A stretch of 59,939 bases of DNA from Nitrospira sp. Its GTDB lineage: Bacteria; Nitrospirota; Nitrospiria; Nitrospirales; Nitrospiraceae. Position numbers and translations under genes: made by a program. This document shows, piece after piece, positions 1 through 9,098 of the stretch (position 1 is its first letter; every line of letters starts with the position of its first letter). The stretch spans positions 1-59,939 of the forward strand of contig DASTSI010000216.1 of the NCBI GenBank assembly GCA_035760745.1, in the 5' to 3' direction. The notes beneath the pieces are model-generated. The model was not told where the DNA came from and ran no database searches. It was given only the letters and a program-made list of their open reading frames with translations.

Positions 1-767
1 TGTCCAAGATCACCTTGGGCGATGTCATTGCCTTCTACGCCAAGGAATACGTGCCCGCTCAGGTGATCCTCACGGTGGTGGGGGATATTACCGCGGACCA
101 AGTCAATGGATTGGCACAGACGCATTTTGGTGCTTGGAAGAAAGCCGCTCCTCCCGCCCGGATGGCCAAAAAACCCGCCCCGATCGAAAAGAAGACGGTG
201 CAGTTGATCGAGAAGGATCTCACACAATCCAGCATTGTGCTTGGACACGGCGGCATTAGCCGCACGAACCCGGACTTCTATGCCGTAACTGTGATGAATT
301 ACATCCTCGGCGCCGGGGGATTCTCCTCCCGCTTGATGGATACGATCAGGGACAAGCAAGGATTGGCCTACGGCATCATGAGTCATTTTGATGCGCGGCT
401 TCTGCCCGGTTCGTTCTGGATCAATCTCCAGACGAAGAGTGAGAATACCAATCAAGCTATTGCCGGCGTGCTGGCGGAACTCAGGAACATCCGAGAGACG
501 CCCGTGTCGGATCAGGAACTCGCGGAGGCCAAATCCTTTCTGATCGGCAGTTTTCCTCTACGCCTCGACTCTACCGCGAAACTGGCACAAGTGCTGGCGC
601 AAGTCGAGTTTTATGGCCTGGGGTTCGAATACTTTACGCAGTATCCCAAGTGGATCGAGCGCGTGACAAAGGAGGACGTCCAACGCGTCGCGAAGCAGTA
701 TCTTGACCCGCAGCGCTACGCGCTGGTCGTCGTCGGCAACCTCGCCAAGTCGAAAGTCAAACATTGA
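1..767 (+). CDS. M16 family (pitrilysin-like) peptidase, C-terminal part; 5' end outside the window
   Basis: Peptidase_M16_C-type sequence including SSRLMDTIRDKQGLAY (conserved R/Y pair) and ERVTKEDVQRVAKQYL; frame open to the window edge. Confidence 0.85.
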   Translation, partial: SKITLGDVIAFYAKEYVPAQVILTVVGDITADQVNGLAQTHFGAWKKAAPPARMAKKPAPIEKKTVQLIEKDLTQSSIVLGHGGISRTNPDFYAVTVMNYILGAGGFSSRLMDTIRDKQGLAYGIMSHFDARLLPGSFWINLQTKSENTNQAIAGVLAELRNIRETPVSDQELAEAKSFLIGSFPLRLDSTAKLAQVLAQVEFYGLGFEYFTQYPKWIERVTKEDVQRVAKQYLDPQRYALVVVGNLAKSKVKH

Positions 768-776
768 CCTGACTCG

Positions 777-1610
777 ATGTCATCCCGAACCGACACGGCG
801 GATGAACAAGTCCCAAGCGACGGGCTCGAGCGGCTCCGTCGGATCCTCGGCGACATGGGTTCGGTGCTCGTTGCCTATTCCGGAGGTATCGACAGTGCGC
901 TTGTCTTGAAAGTGGCGCACGATACGCTCGGTTCATCCTCAATCGGTGTCACCGCGGTTTCCCCGACCTACCCTTCAGGCGAGTTAGAGATCGCGAAGCG
1001 TGTCGCCAGGGAAATCGGAGCCAGGCACGAAATTGTCGAAACCGATCAACTCGCAATCCCGGACTTTGTGGAAAATGACTCGATGCGATGCTTTCATTGC
1101 AAGACCGATCTCTACCGATTGCTGCAGGCGTTGCGCGAACCGAGGGCATGCCGTTGGGTGGTCGATGGGACCAATCTGGATGATCTCGGCGATGACCGAC
1201 CGGGAATCGCGGCGGCGCGGCGACTAAACGTCCGTAGCCCGCTGGTAGAAGCCCACCTTTCGAAGGCCGATGTTCGGTCCTTGGCGAAGCACCTTGGCGT
1301 CTCCATCTGGGACAAACCCGCTGCCGCCTGTCTGTCATCCCGAATCCCGCGCGGCGTGCCGATTACCATGGAAAGTCTCCGACGAGTCGAGCAAGCCGAA
1401 GCCGTCCTTCAACAAGAGGGATTACGGCAAGTACGTGTGAGAGACCACGGAGACATTGCGCGGATCGAAATCGCCGCGGAAGAGTTCGAGCACTTGTTTG
1501 ACCGCCCTGACCGGCGACGACGAATAAGCGAGCGCCTTCGGGCGGCTGGATTCCGCTTCGTGTGCGTGGACTTGGAAGGCTATCGGCCCGGGGGCGTCAG
1601 TCTGGGCTAG
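777..1610 (+). CDS. larE: LarE-family ATP-dependent sulfur transferase (PP-loop)
   Basis: PP-loop AYSGGIDS, CFHCK, DGTNLDD..DDRPG, ACLSSRIP, VRVRDHG..ARIE, DLEGYRPG. Confidence 0.85.
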   Translation: MSSRTDTADEQVPSDGLERLRRILGDMGSVLVAYSGGIDSALVLKVAHDTLGSSSIGVTAVSPTYPSGELEIAKRVAREIGARHEIVETDQLAIPDFVENDSMRCFHCKTDLYRLLQALREPRACRWVVDGTNLDDLGDDRPGIAAARRLNVRSPLVEAHLSKADVRSLAKHLGVSIWDKPAAACLSSRIPRGVPITMESLRRVEQAEAVLQQEGLRQVRVRDHGDIARIEIAAEEFEHLFDRPDRRRRISERLRAAGFRFVCVDLEGYRPGGVSLG

Positions 1611-1622
1611 GCCGTCACTCTC

Positions 1623-2129
1623 TTACTGCGACGAGGCCCGCGCCACGGCATCCAGTGCTTCGTCGGCAAGCCTGCGGTGGTCGGCATCGTTCAGCGTGCG
1701 CTGCACCACTTTCTCCGCCACCATCAAAGCTAAGTCGGTGGTCTGTGCACGGATCTCCTGAATCGCCTTGCGGCGCTCATGCTCGATTTCCCGCGTCGCA
1801 TCTCCCTTGATCCGTTCCGCCTCTGTCGTGAGCTTCTGCTCATTTTCCTCCAGCAGGCGTTGTGCGCGTTCTTTCGCAGCCGCCAAAATGCCTTCCGCTT
1901 CTCGGGATGCGGCATTGAGCTTGGCCTCATAGTCGCGCAACTTTCGTTCGGCCTCGGTACGATGGCGTTCCGCCTGATCGAGGCTGTCCCTGATTTTCTT
2001 TTCCCGTTCCTCCAACACGGCTAAAATGCCGGGGAACGCGTACTTGTAGAGCAAGAAGAGGAGAATCCCGAACGAAACCACTTCCCAAAAGATCAAGGAG
2101 GAAAAGAAGTGTGATTCAAACTGCGGCAT
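1623..2129 (-). CDS. atpF: F0F1 ATP synthase subunit b
   Basis: MPQFE start, single N-terminal TM helix, long charged coiled coil; directly downstream of atpE. Confidence 0.9.
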   Translation of the reverse strand: MPQFESHFFSSLIFWEVVSFGILLFLLYKYAFPGILAVLEEREKKIRDSLDQAERHRTEAERKLRDYEAKLNAASREAEGILAAAKERAQRLLEENEQKLTTEAERIKGDATREIEHERRKAIQEIRAQTTDLALMVAEKVVQRTLNDADHRRLADEALDAVARASSQ

Positions 2130-2213
2130 CTTCGTCTTCGCAAAACCATCACACAACGATCGCTAGACAGCGCTTCAAATGCGATCGACGAGTAAGGTTT
2201 TACGCTCCCTATT

Positions 2214-2444
2214 TCATTTCCGAAGACCCATGATGATGAAGGCAATGACCAACCCGTACAGGGCGATCGCCTCCACCAACGCAAAGCCGATCCACATGTA
2301 CTTGCCGACGCGGCCCTCCGCTTCCGGTTGACGCGCCACGGCTTCGATCATCTTGCCGAAAATGTAGCCGATCCCGACACCCGCACCGGCAAACCCTGCG
2401 GCGGCGAGACCCATACCGAGCAATGCTGCGGCTGCTGAATCCAT
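2214..2444 (-). CDS. atpE: F0F1 ATP synthase subunit c
   Basis: GAGVGIG glycine motif, ARQPE loop, ion-binding Glu in ALVEAIAL; RBS GAGGAG. Confidence 0.97.
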   Translation of the reverse strand: MDSAAAALLGMGLAAAGFAGAGVGIGYIFGKMIEAVARQPEAEGRVGKYMWIGFALVEAIALYGLVIAFIIMGLRK

Positions 2445-2593
2445 CGTGCTTCGCTCCTCTCTTGTTTAAAAACGTCCGCTACGGATGAGCGTTAAAACGC
2501 TTCACACGGCGAGACATAGCAATGAAATCCCGAGCACCGCGCGAGAAGCATTTCGTGACCGAGCCCCGCGCCGAAGGCCGTTGCGTTAACAGC

Positions 2594-3343
2594 TTAGTGC
2601 GCGTGGTCTTCCGCTCCATGCAAATGGAACGCATCCCCTAAATACACACACGTCAACACGGTGAAGATGTAGGCTTGTATGAATGCGATACCCACTTCTA
2701 AGCCGTTCATGGCGACCGTAAACGCAAACGGAAGCCAGCCGATCAGCAGCCCGCCACTTACCGCAAGCCCAAAGAGCACCCCGAGGATGACGTGACCTGC
2801 CGTCATATTTGCGAACAACCGGACGGCGAGAGAAATAGGGCGCGCCAATTGGCTGATCAGTTCAATGGGTACCATCAAGGGCAGAAGCCAGCCTGGTGTG
2901 CCTGGGGGAACGAGGATCCCGAGAAATTTTGACCCATGCAACACGAACCCCATGACGAGACTCAGCCCATAGACCGCAATGGCAAACACCGCAGTGACGA
3001 CGATCTGACTTGTCACGGTATAGGACCCGGGGATGAGGCCGATGAGGTTTGAAAACAGGATAAAAAGAAAAAGCGTCGCCACCAAAGGGAAAAACCTCAT
3101 GCCGTCCTTCCCCATGGTATCGAGGATGATCCCCCGGATGAAATCCACGAGCAGCTCCGCAAGATTCTGCAACTTGCCCGGAATGAGTTGCCGCGCTGAT
3201 GCTGCTTTCATCATCAAAAATGTTATCAGCGCGACGACGATCCACATGGTGATCACGGCCTTATTGAGGGAAATGTCGAGACCGCCCACCTGGATGGGGA
3301 AAAAGTTATGCAGTTCGAACGGATGAAGAGGACTGTCTTCCAT
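2594..3343 (-). CDS. atpB: F0F1 ATP synthase subunit a
   Basis: RPISLAVRLFANMTAGH and FIQAYIFTVLT signatures. Confidence 0.97.
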   Translation of the reverse strand: MEDSPLHPFELHNFFPIQVGGLDISLNKAVITMWIVVALITFLMMKAASARQLIPGKLQNLAELLVDFIRGIILDTMGKDGMRFFPLVATLFLFILFSNLIGLIPGSYTVTSQIVVTAVFAIAVYGLSLVMGFVLHGSKFLGILVPPGTPGWLLPLMVPIELISQLARPISLAVRLFANMTAGHVILGVLFGLAVSGGLLIGWLPFAFTVAMNGLEVGIAFIQAYIFTVLTCVYLGDAFHLHGAEDHAH

Positions 3344-3371
3344 GAGTTCCTGTCAGTTCAGTAAGCGGCTG

Positions 3372-3590
3372 TCACTTTGGCCAGCGTTGTGTGGACCGGT
3401 ATGCGTTTAGGACTCCGGCCGTCGCACCAAGCACGAGTCCCACCACCATTCCCCACGGCTCTGTTCCCAGCACATAGGTGTCGAGCGCCCACCCAAGGCC
3501 TCCGCCCACGATCAACGCAGCGAGCAGTTCCGTTCCAATACGAACGGCCTGACCGAGCCCCGCGTAAAACGGATCCTGTGAAGGGGGCAT
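3372..3590 (-). CDS. AtpZ/AtpI family membrane protein
   Basis: 72 aa, two TM segments, GWALD..GTEPWG motif, first gene of the atp F0 operon. Confidence 0.85.
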   Translation of the reverse strand: MPPSQDPFYAGLGQAVRIGTELLAALIVGGGLGWALDTYVLGTEPWGMVVGLVLGATAGVLNAYRSTQRWPK

Positions 3591-3690
3591 GGTTCGCCTA
3601 GGCTGAGGCGAGCACTTAACCAGCGACCCTACCGGTGGCAGGCGTGCAATTCAAACAGAATACTCGGGAATTTGTCAAGCGGACGTCCCT

Positions 3691-3719
3691 GTGAAAACGC
3701 CAAACCACTGGAGTATAGT
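3691..3719 (+). promoter_or_regulatory. putative sigma-70 promoter for the pabB-like gene
   Basis: GTGAAA-N17-TATAGT. Confidence 0.35.
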
Positions 3720-3761
3720 GAGCCGCAGCATGACCGCTTCACAGAGCTGTATAGGCCTCGC

Positions 3762-5246
3762 GTGTCAGATCGCGCCTTCTTGACCGGCCCACCCCAGCCA
3801 CTTGTCGTCACGCTGAGAGATGTCGTGCCTCTCGGCCCGCTGGATTTATACAGACGGATTGCTTCTCCTTCTCGTGCCTCGTTCTTGCTGGAGAGCGCGG
3901 GCAGCGGTCCCGGCAGCATCGGCCGCTACTCCTTCATCGGGAGCGGCCCCACTGAGATTGTCTCGATCAACCCGGAACTTGATCCCGCCGATCGGGACCC
4001 ATTTGCGCCGTTGAAGCGGTCGATCTCTGGCCCTATCTCCTGTCGACCCGGCCTCCCCCCATTTTTTGGCGGCGCAGTAGGATACTTCAGTTACGACTTT
4101 GCGCGTCGACTGGAGCGACTGCCTCAAAAACTGGATGACAACCTTGGAATACCAGAGGGCCAGTTCGGCCTCTTTGATCTCGTTATTGTCGTCGATCATC
4201 TCCTCGGACGGACCCAGATCGTGTTTTGCCCACCGCTCAACCGGTTCCTCTCAGAACCTCGGGAGAAACTCTATCGGGAGGGGTTAGATAGGGTCGCGGA
4301 GTGCGAAGCCAAGCTCGCCCAGCGACTCTCTCCGCTGGATATCCGGCCCCTGGAAGAGCCGATTGCGTTCGAACCGGAGCAAACCCGTGAATCATACCTC
4401 GAAAGCGTGCGTCGCTGTCAGGAATACATCCGAGCCGGGGACATCTACCAAGCGAACCTTTCCCACCGCTTCAGTTTTCCGATTTCCGCTCGGCATTGGA
4501 GCGCGGCCGAGCGCTTGCTGTATGAGCAATGTCTGTATCGGCAACTGCAGGCCGTGAATCCCTCTCCCTTTTCAGGACTCCTGCACTTCGACGATGTCTC
4601 ACTGATAAGTTGCTCTCCCGAGCGCCTCATCTGCCTACGCGGTTGCGTCGCTGAGACCCGTCCCATCGCAGGCACCAGGCGACGTGGCGGGAGCGCCGCC
4701 GATGACCGGCGACTGGTCGCTGAACTCTTGGCGAGCGAAAAAGAACGGGCGGAACATCTGATGCTGGTCGATCTCGCTCGAAACGATCTCGGACGGGTAT
4801 GCGACTGTGGGTCGGTAAAGGTTCAGGAGTTCTGTACCATTGAACAATACTCCCATGTCAGCCACATCGTGTCCAACGTGTCGGGCCGATTGCGGCTCGG
4901 CGCCACGCCGTTCGATCTGATTCGAGCGGTCTTTCCGGGGGGGACCATCACCGGCGTACCGAAATTTCGCTGCATGGAAGTGATCGACGAATTGGAGCCG
5001 GTCCGCCGAGGTCCGTATACCGGCTCGTTCGGGTATATCGGCTGGAGCGGTGATATGGACTTCAACATCATCATCAGAACCCTCGTGATGGCCCGGCAAC
5101 GGGGGCTGCTTCAGGTCGGAGCAGGCATCGTCTCGGATTCCAACCCGGGTCGCGAATATCAAGAGACGCTCGACAAGGCCCAGGCCTTTTTTAGTTCCTT
5201 CGCGTGCCGACCGCCATGTGGGTCTATCTCAACGATCGATTCGTGA
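3762..5246 (+). CDS. aminodeoxychorismate/anthranilate synthase component I family protein (PabB/TrpE-like)
   Basis: FLLES, GGAVGYFSYD, GDIYQANLS, SPERL, TRPIAGTRRRG, KERAEHLMLVDLARNDLGRV, FPGGTITGVPK; in-frame GTG at 3762 chosen, start uncertain. Confidence 0.85.
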   Translation: MSDRAFLTGPPQPLVVTLRDVVPLGPLDLYRRIASPSRASFLLESAGSGPGSIGRYSFIGSGPTEIVSINPELDPADRDPFAPLKRSISGPISCRPGLPPFFGGAVGYFSYDFARRLERLPQKLDDNLGIPEGQFGLFDLVIVVDHLLGRTQIVFCPPLNRFLSEPREKLYREGLDRVAECEAKLAQRLSPLDIRPLEEPIAFEPEQTRESYLESVRRCQEYIRAGDIYQANLSHRFSFPISARHWSAAERLLYEQCLYRQLQAVNPSPFSGLLHFDDVSLISCSPERLICLRGCVAETRPIAGTRRRGGSAADDRRLVAELLASEKERAEHLMLVDLARNDLGRVCDCGSVKVQEFCTIEQYSHVSHIVSNVSGRLRLGATPFDLIRAVFPGGTITGVPKFRCMEVIDELEPVRRGPYTGSFGYIGWSGDMDFNIIIRTLVMARQRGLLQVGAGIVSDSNPGREYQETLDKAQAFFSSFACRPPCGSISTIDS

Positions 5247-6091
5247 CGCAGGAAGAGGCCGTCGTGTCGGTCTTCGATCACGGCTTTCTCTACGGAGACG
5301 GAGTCTATGAGACCCTCCGCTCCTATGGACCCAGGATTTTCATGCTCGATCAGCATGTGGCACGCCTGAAGCGTTCTGCGGATGCGATCGGCCTACGGGT
5401 CCCGATTCCTGAGCGAGAGTGGCCTGTCCTTCTCCACGATGCGATGAGCCGAAATGACGTCGGAAACGAGCGGACCGATGCCTACCTGCGCATTTCGATA
5501 TCGCGGGGCGTCGGAGAGATTGGCCTGGACCCCGCCCTCTGCCGCTCCCCGACCGTTGTCATCATTGCCAAGTCTCTCACCCGACCCTCCGACGCAATGT
5601 ACCAAACCGGCGTGGATCTCATTGTCGCCAAGACCCGACGAAACTTGCCCAGCGCACTCGATCCTCGAATCAAGGCGACGAATTTTCTGAACAATATTTT
5701 GGCCAAGCGAGAAGCGATCGCCGCACGTGTTTTCGACAGCCTCTTGCTGAACTGGGAATCACACGTGGCGGAATGCACCGTCAGCAATATCTTTTTTGTC
5801 GCTGAGGGACGACTCTACACTCCTTCTCTGGCTTGCGGGATTCTCGACGGAATCACCAGGCAGATTGTGCTGACATTGGCGAACCGGGAAGGCATACCGG
5901 TGGAAGAAGGAAAGTTTGCTCCGAAAAGACTTCTCCAGGCCGACGAGTGTTTCCTCACGAATACGACCATGGAGGTCATGCCGGTGACCGAGGTGGATGG
6001 GCAGCCCATAGGAACCGGCAGACCAGGTCCCGTGACGACCAAGCTGCATCAAATTTTTGTCGCTAGCCGGCACGAATTCCTCGAGCCTTAA
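5216..6091 (+). CDS. class IV PLP aminotransferase (IlvE/PabC-like)
   Basis: DHGFLYGDGVYET, catalytic Lys in IKATNFLNNIL, ECTVSNIF, ILDGITR, ECFLTNT. Confidence 0.88.
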   Translation: MWVYLNDRFVTQEEAVVSVFDHGFLYGDGVYETLRSYGPRIFMLDQHVARLKRSADAIGLRVPIPEREWPVLLHDAMSRNDVGNERTDAYLRISISRGVGEIGLDPALCRSPTVVIIAKSLTRPSDAMYQTGVDLIVAKTRRNLPSALDPRIKATNFLNNILAKREAIAARVFDSLLLNWESHVAECTVSNIFFVAEGRLYTPSLACGILDGITRQIVLTLANREGIPVEEGKFAPKRLLQADECFLTNTTMEVMPVTEVDGQPIGTGRPGPVTTKLHQIFVASRHEFLEP

Positions 6092-6164
6092 GGACTCAAA
6101 CGTCCTACCCCCTTGTTATCCCAATCGCTTTTCATCATTTTACGGGCATGGCTTCTGCATTTCC

Positions 6165-6192
6165 TTGACAGCCGAATGCAGACTGCTATCGT
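6165..6192 (+). promoter_or_regulatory. sigma-70-type promoter of the lytic transglycosylase gene
   Basis: TTGACA-N16-TATCGT with extended -10 TG; in-frame ATG at 6200 lies at about the expected +1. Confidence 0.5.
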
Positions 6193-6199
6193 TGTCAGC

Positions 6200-6907
6200 A
6201 TGCCGATGCCCATTTCAAGCCACTACGCGACAGGGCCTAGGATCCGGTACCGGCTCGTCGTTGCATTCATGACCTCGGGCCTGGCGCTGCCCGTGCTGGG
6301 AGGAATCGGTTCTGCCGAGATCTATCAGTACATCGCTCCAAACGGAACGATCTCACTCACCAATGTCCCGTCGGACGGCCGCTACCGGAAGATCGACGTC
6401 GAATCGACGCGCTTCCATCAGGTGCTTTCCGAGAGAGAGCTGGAACCAGTTATTCGGCGGCATTCCTCCCAGAATCAACTTCACCCGGCATTGATCCGGG
6501 CCGTCATCAAAGCCGAGTCCGACTTCGATCCTCGTGCCGTGTCGCGCGCAGGAGCTGTCGGCTTGATGCAATTGATGCCGCAGACCGCGATACGGATGGC
6601 CGTGCGAGATCTGTACGACCCGGAGGATAACGTTGCGGGCGGAGCGAAATATCTTCGCCAACTCCTCGACCGGTTCCATGGCAACCTTCCGCTCGCGCTC
6701 GCCGCGTATAACGCGGGGGAGAAGATTGTGGAGCGGTACCAGGCTCTTCCACCGATCGACGAAACCCGGCAGTACGTCAAAAAGGTGCTGCGCTTTTATC
6801 GCAGCTTTTTAGTGCGGGACGGAGTGATTACCGAGCGGCCCGTGAGCCGTTACGGCCCTGAAGCGTCAGAAGCAGCCCCCGTGACCTCCGGTGTGTCTTC
6901 CCGCTGA
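6200..6907 (+). CDS. lytic transglycosylase (SLT domain) with N-terminal DUF4124-like segment
   Basis: AVIKAESDF, GAVGLMQLMP, LAAYNAG, ETRQYVKKV; IYQY..GTISLTNVP segment; start uncertain (6176/6200/6269). Confidence 0.9.
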   Translation: MPMPISSHYATGPRIRYRLVVAFMTSGLALPVLGGIGSAEIYQYIAPNGTISLTNVPSDGRYRKIDVESTRFHQVLSERELEPVIRRHSSQNQLHPALIRAVIKAESDFDPRAVSRAGAVGLMQLMPQTAIRMAVRDLYDPEDNVAGGAKYLRQLLDRFHGNLPLALAAYNAGEKIVERYQALPPIDETRQYVKKVLRFYRSFLVRDGVITERPVSRYGPEASEAAPVTSGVSSR

Positions 6908-8498
6908 ATCCCTGATCGATCGACAAGCGGCTGTGTTGATGCCATCCTGCCCGCTTGGCCTGCGGAAAATCAGAGCGATAATGCGCGCCGACACTGTTCT
7001 CTCTCCACAAAGCGGCCTCGGCGATACACTGGGCCACCTGAACCATGTTTTTCACCTCGAGCGCAGCTCTGTGCGAAAACGGCTGCGCCAGGAGCTGGGC
7101 CCAGCGAGACAATTGTGCGCAAGCCCGGATCAAGGACTCTCCGGAGCGAATCACGCCCACCTGCCCCCACATCAGACGCCGCAGTGAACTTCTGAGTTTT
7201 TCCGCATCATCCACTGACCCGAGGTGCTCGGTCTTAAGCGCCGCTTCATGGGCATGGAGAGATGGCAGCTCCTGTCGTTCGGCATAAGCGACGGCAGCCG
7301 CTGCCGCCCGCGCACCAAAGACCAGCCCTTCCAGCAACGAATTACTCGCCAGGCGATTTGCACCATGGACTCCGCTGCACGCCACCTCGCCGGCGGCGAA
7401 GAGTCCGGGAATCGTCGTCGCTCCGTTGATATCGGTCCACACGCCTCCCATCATGTAATGCGCGCTAGGCGACACTGGTATCCATTCTTCGGTGATATCG
7501 ATGTCGTATCTGAGACAGGTCGTGTAGATGGTGGGAAACCGCTGTTTGATGAACTCGGCACCGAGCTGCGTCACGTCCAAATACACGTGGCGTGATTTGG
7601 TAGCCGCCATTTCGGCCCAAATCGCGCGAGACACGATGTCGCGCGGCGCGAGCGCGCCCATAGGATGGTACCGGTGCATGAACAACTCCCCTTTGGTGTT
7701 TCGGAGTTGCCCCCCTTCGCCCCGCATCGCCTCGGAAAGGAGAAAGGGCGGGCTCGAAGGGAGATAGAGCGCGGTCGGATGGAACTGCACGAATTCCATA
7801 TCCTGCAGTACCGCTCCGGCTCGAAGCGCCATGGCCATGCCGTCTCCAGTGGCGCTGGGCGGGTTCGTCGTCCTGGCATAGACCTGGCCGGCTCCCCCGG
7901 TCGTCAAGATGACGGCGCGGGCTGGAATCAGGAATCGCCGTCCCGAATGCTCGTCCAAGACCAATGCCCCGCAACATCGGCCGGCCTCGAGGACCAGATC
8001 GACGGTAAAGTGATAATCCAATCGATGAATCGTGGGATGGCGCTGAGCTTCGGCGATGAGCACGCGGACCATTTCGTTGCCCGTGGCATCTCCGCGCGCC
8101 CGTAAAATCCGGCTTCTGCTGTGGGCCGCCTCTCGGGCGAACGCGAACTTTCCACCGGTCTTATCGAACTTGGCGCCCCACCTGATCAACTCCTGAATCC
8201 GCTCCGGTCCTTCCTCTACGAGGACTTGTACCGCTTCCTTCCGACACAGGCCGTGTCCCGCCTTCAGCGTGTCGGTAAGGTGGATCGTCACGTCATCTTC
8301 TTCGCTCATCGCGACCGCCACACCGCCCTGAGCGTAGATCGAACTGCTCTGAAGCGGATGTCCCTTGGTCAACATCACGACTTCGCCCGCGCGGCTAAGT
8401 TCAAGTGCGGCTCGCAACCCCGCCACGCCGCTTCCCACGACAAGAAAATCAGCCTTCGGGAGGCCGGAAAAGGATGATGTGTTGGTGCCGTTTGTCAC
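6828..8498 (-). CDS. nadB: L-aspartate oxidase
   Basis: GSGVAG FAD motif, SSIYAQGG, EAAHSRSRI, EFVQFHPT, LSEAMRGEG, LAPRDIVSR, HYMMGG, GVHGANRLASNSLLE. Confidence 0.95.
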   Translation of the reverse strand: MTNGTNTSSFSGLPKADFLVVGSGVAGLRAALELSRAGEVVMLTKGHPLQSSSIYAQGGVAVAMSEEDDVTIHLTDTLKAGHGLCRKEAVQVLVEEGPERIQELIRWGAKFDKTGGKFAFAREAAHSRSRILRARGDATGNEMVRVLIAEAQRHPTIHRLDYHFTVDLVLEAGRCCGALVLDEHSGRRFLIPARAVILTTGGAGQVYARTTNPPSATGDGMAMALRAGAVLQDMEFVQFHPTALYLPSSPPFLLSEAMRGEGGQLRNTKGELFMHRYHPMGALAPRDIVSRAIWAEMAATKSRHVYLDVTQLGAEFIKQRFPTIYTTCLRYDIDITEEWIPVSPSAHYMMGGVWTDINGATTIPGLFAAGEVACSGVHGANRLASNSLLEGLVFGARAAAAAVAYAERQELPSLHAHEAALKTEHLGSVDDAEKLRSSLRRLMWGQVGVIRSGESLIRACAQLSRWAQLLAQPFSHRAALEVKNMVQVAQCIAEAALWRENSVGAHYRSDFPQAKRAGWHQHSRLSIDQGFSGKTHRRSRGLLLTLQGRNGSRAAR

Positions 8499-8989
8499 TT
8501 CTTCAGCAAGCTCGGTGAATCGTCTGACGCTTGTCGTCCGGTGATACCAAAAGGCATGTCACCCTGAATGCCGCGAAGCAGGACCGCCTTCGTCCCAGCC
8601 CACTGAAGCCGGGAATGACCACGTTGGCGGACGCCCGGATCATCAGGGTCCTTTTTCCAAACGCCTTGCCAATGCACATAGACGTCGATCTCATCGCCTT
8701 CGATCATGATCCGTTCGATGCGAAAGTCCAACGCGATACTGGAGAACGTGCGGAAATCGACTTCCGCATCGCGCTGAACTCGCTCCAACGGTTCAGATGG
8801 AACCATCAACGCCGTCATCGCGGAAAGGTCCTTCTCCACATAGGCATGACGGAGAGACTCTACCGCCTTGTCGATGCGCAGATACCGCTCATGATCTTCC
8901 GGATACTGCAAGACTTTGGAACCGCACCCGAATGACAGAACGGAGAGGACAGCCAGGAAGACGACTGTTCGGAGCAATGAAGCGTGCAT
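8495..8989 (-). CDS. hypothetical lipoprotein (possible NTF2-like fold)
   Basis: Signal peptide with lipobox LSFG-C; stop overlaps the nadB start (GTGA); the longer ORF start is rejected because it would overlap the bS22-like gene. Confidence 0.7.
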   Translation of the reverse strand: MHASLLRTVVFLAVLSVLSFGCGSKVLQYPEDHERYLRIDKAVESLRHAYVEKDLSAMTALMVPSEPLERVQRDAEVDFRTFSSIALDFRIERIMIEGDEIDVYVHWQGVWKKDPDDPGVRQRGHSRLQWAGTKAVLLRGIQGDMPFGITGRQASDDSPSLLKK

Positions 8990-9001
8990 GGCGTCGCCTG
9001 G

Positions 9002-9031
9002 AGTATAGGAATCATGGACGAAACCGGTCAA
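9002..9031 (-). promoter_or_regulatory. sigma-70-type promoter for the lipoprotein-nadB operon
   Basis: TTGACC-N18-TATACT on the minus strand. Confidence 0.5.
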
Positions 9032-9046
9032 GGTTCGCGGCATGGC

Positions 9047-9075
9047 TTGCAATTTGGCGCTAACTCTCATAGACT
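9047..9075 (+). promoter_or_regulatory. sigma-70-type promoter for the small basic protein gene
   Basis: TTGCAA-N17-TAGACT followed by RBS AGGAGA at 9085-9090. Confidence 0.6.
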
Positions 9076-9098
9076 CCGCTTCGTAGGAGAGATGCCGC

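Noticed and set aside
2214-2444. Na+-coupled or N-type ATPase
   Set aside because: Subunit c lacks the Q...E(S/T) signature, and the N-ATPase gene order is absent
3655-3678. Minus-strand TTGACA as the atp operon promoter
   Set aside because: The best -10 (TATTCT) is only 10 nt away; no good hexamer at 16-18 nt
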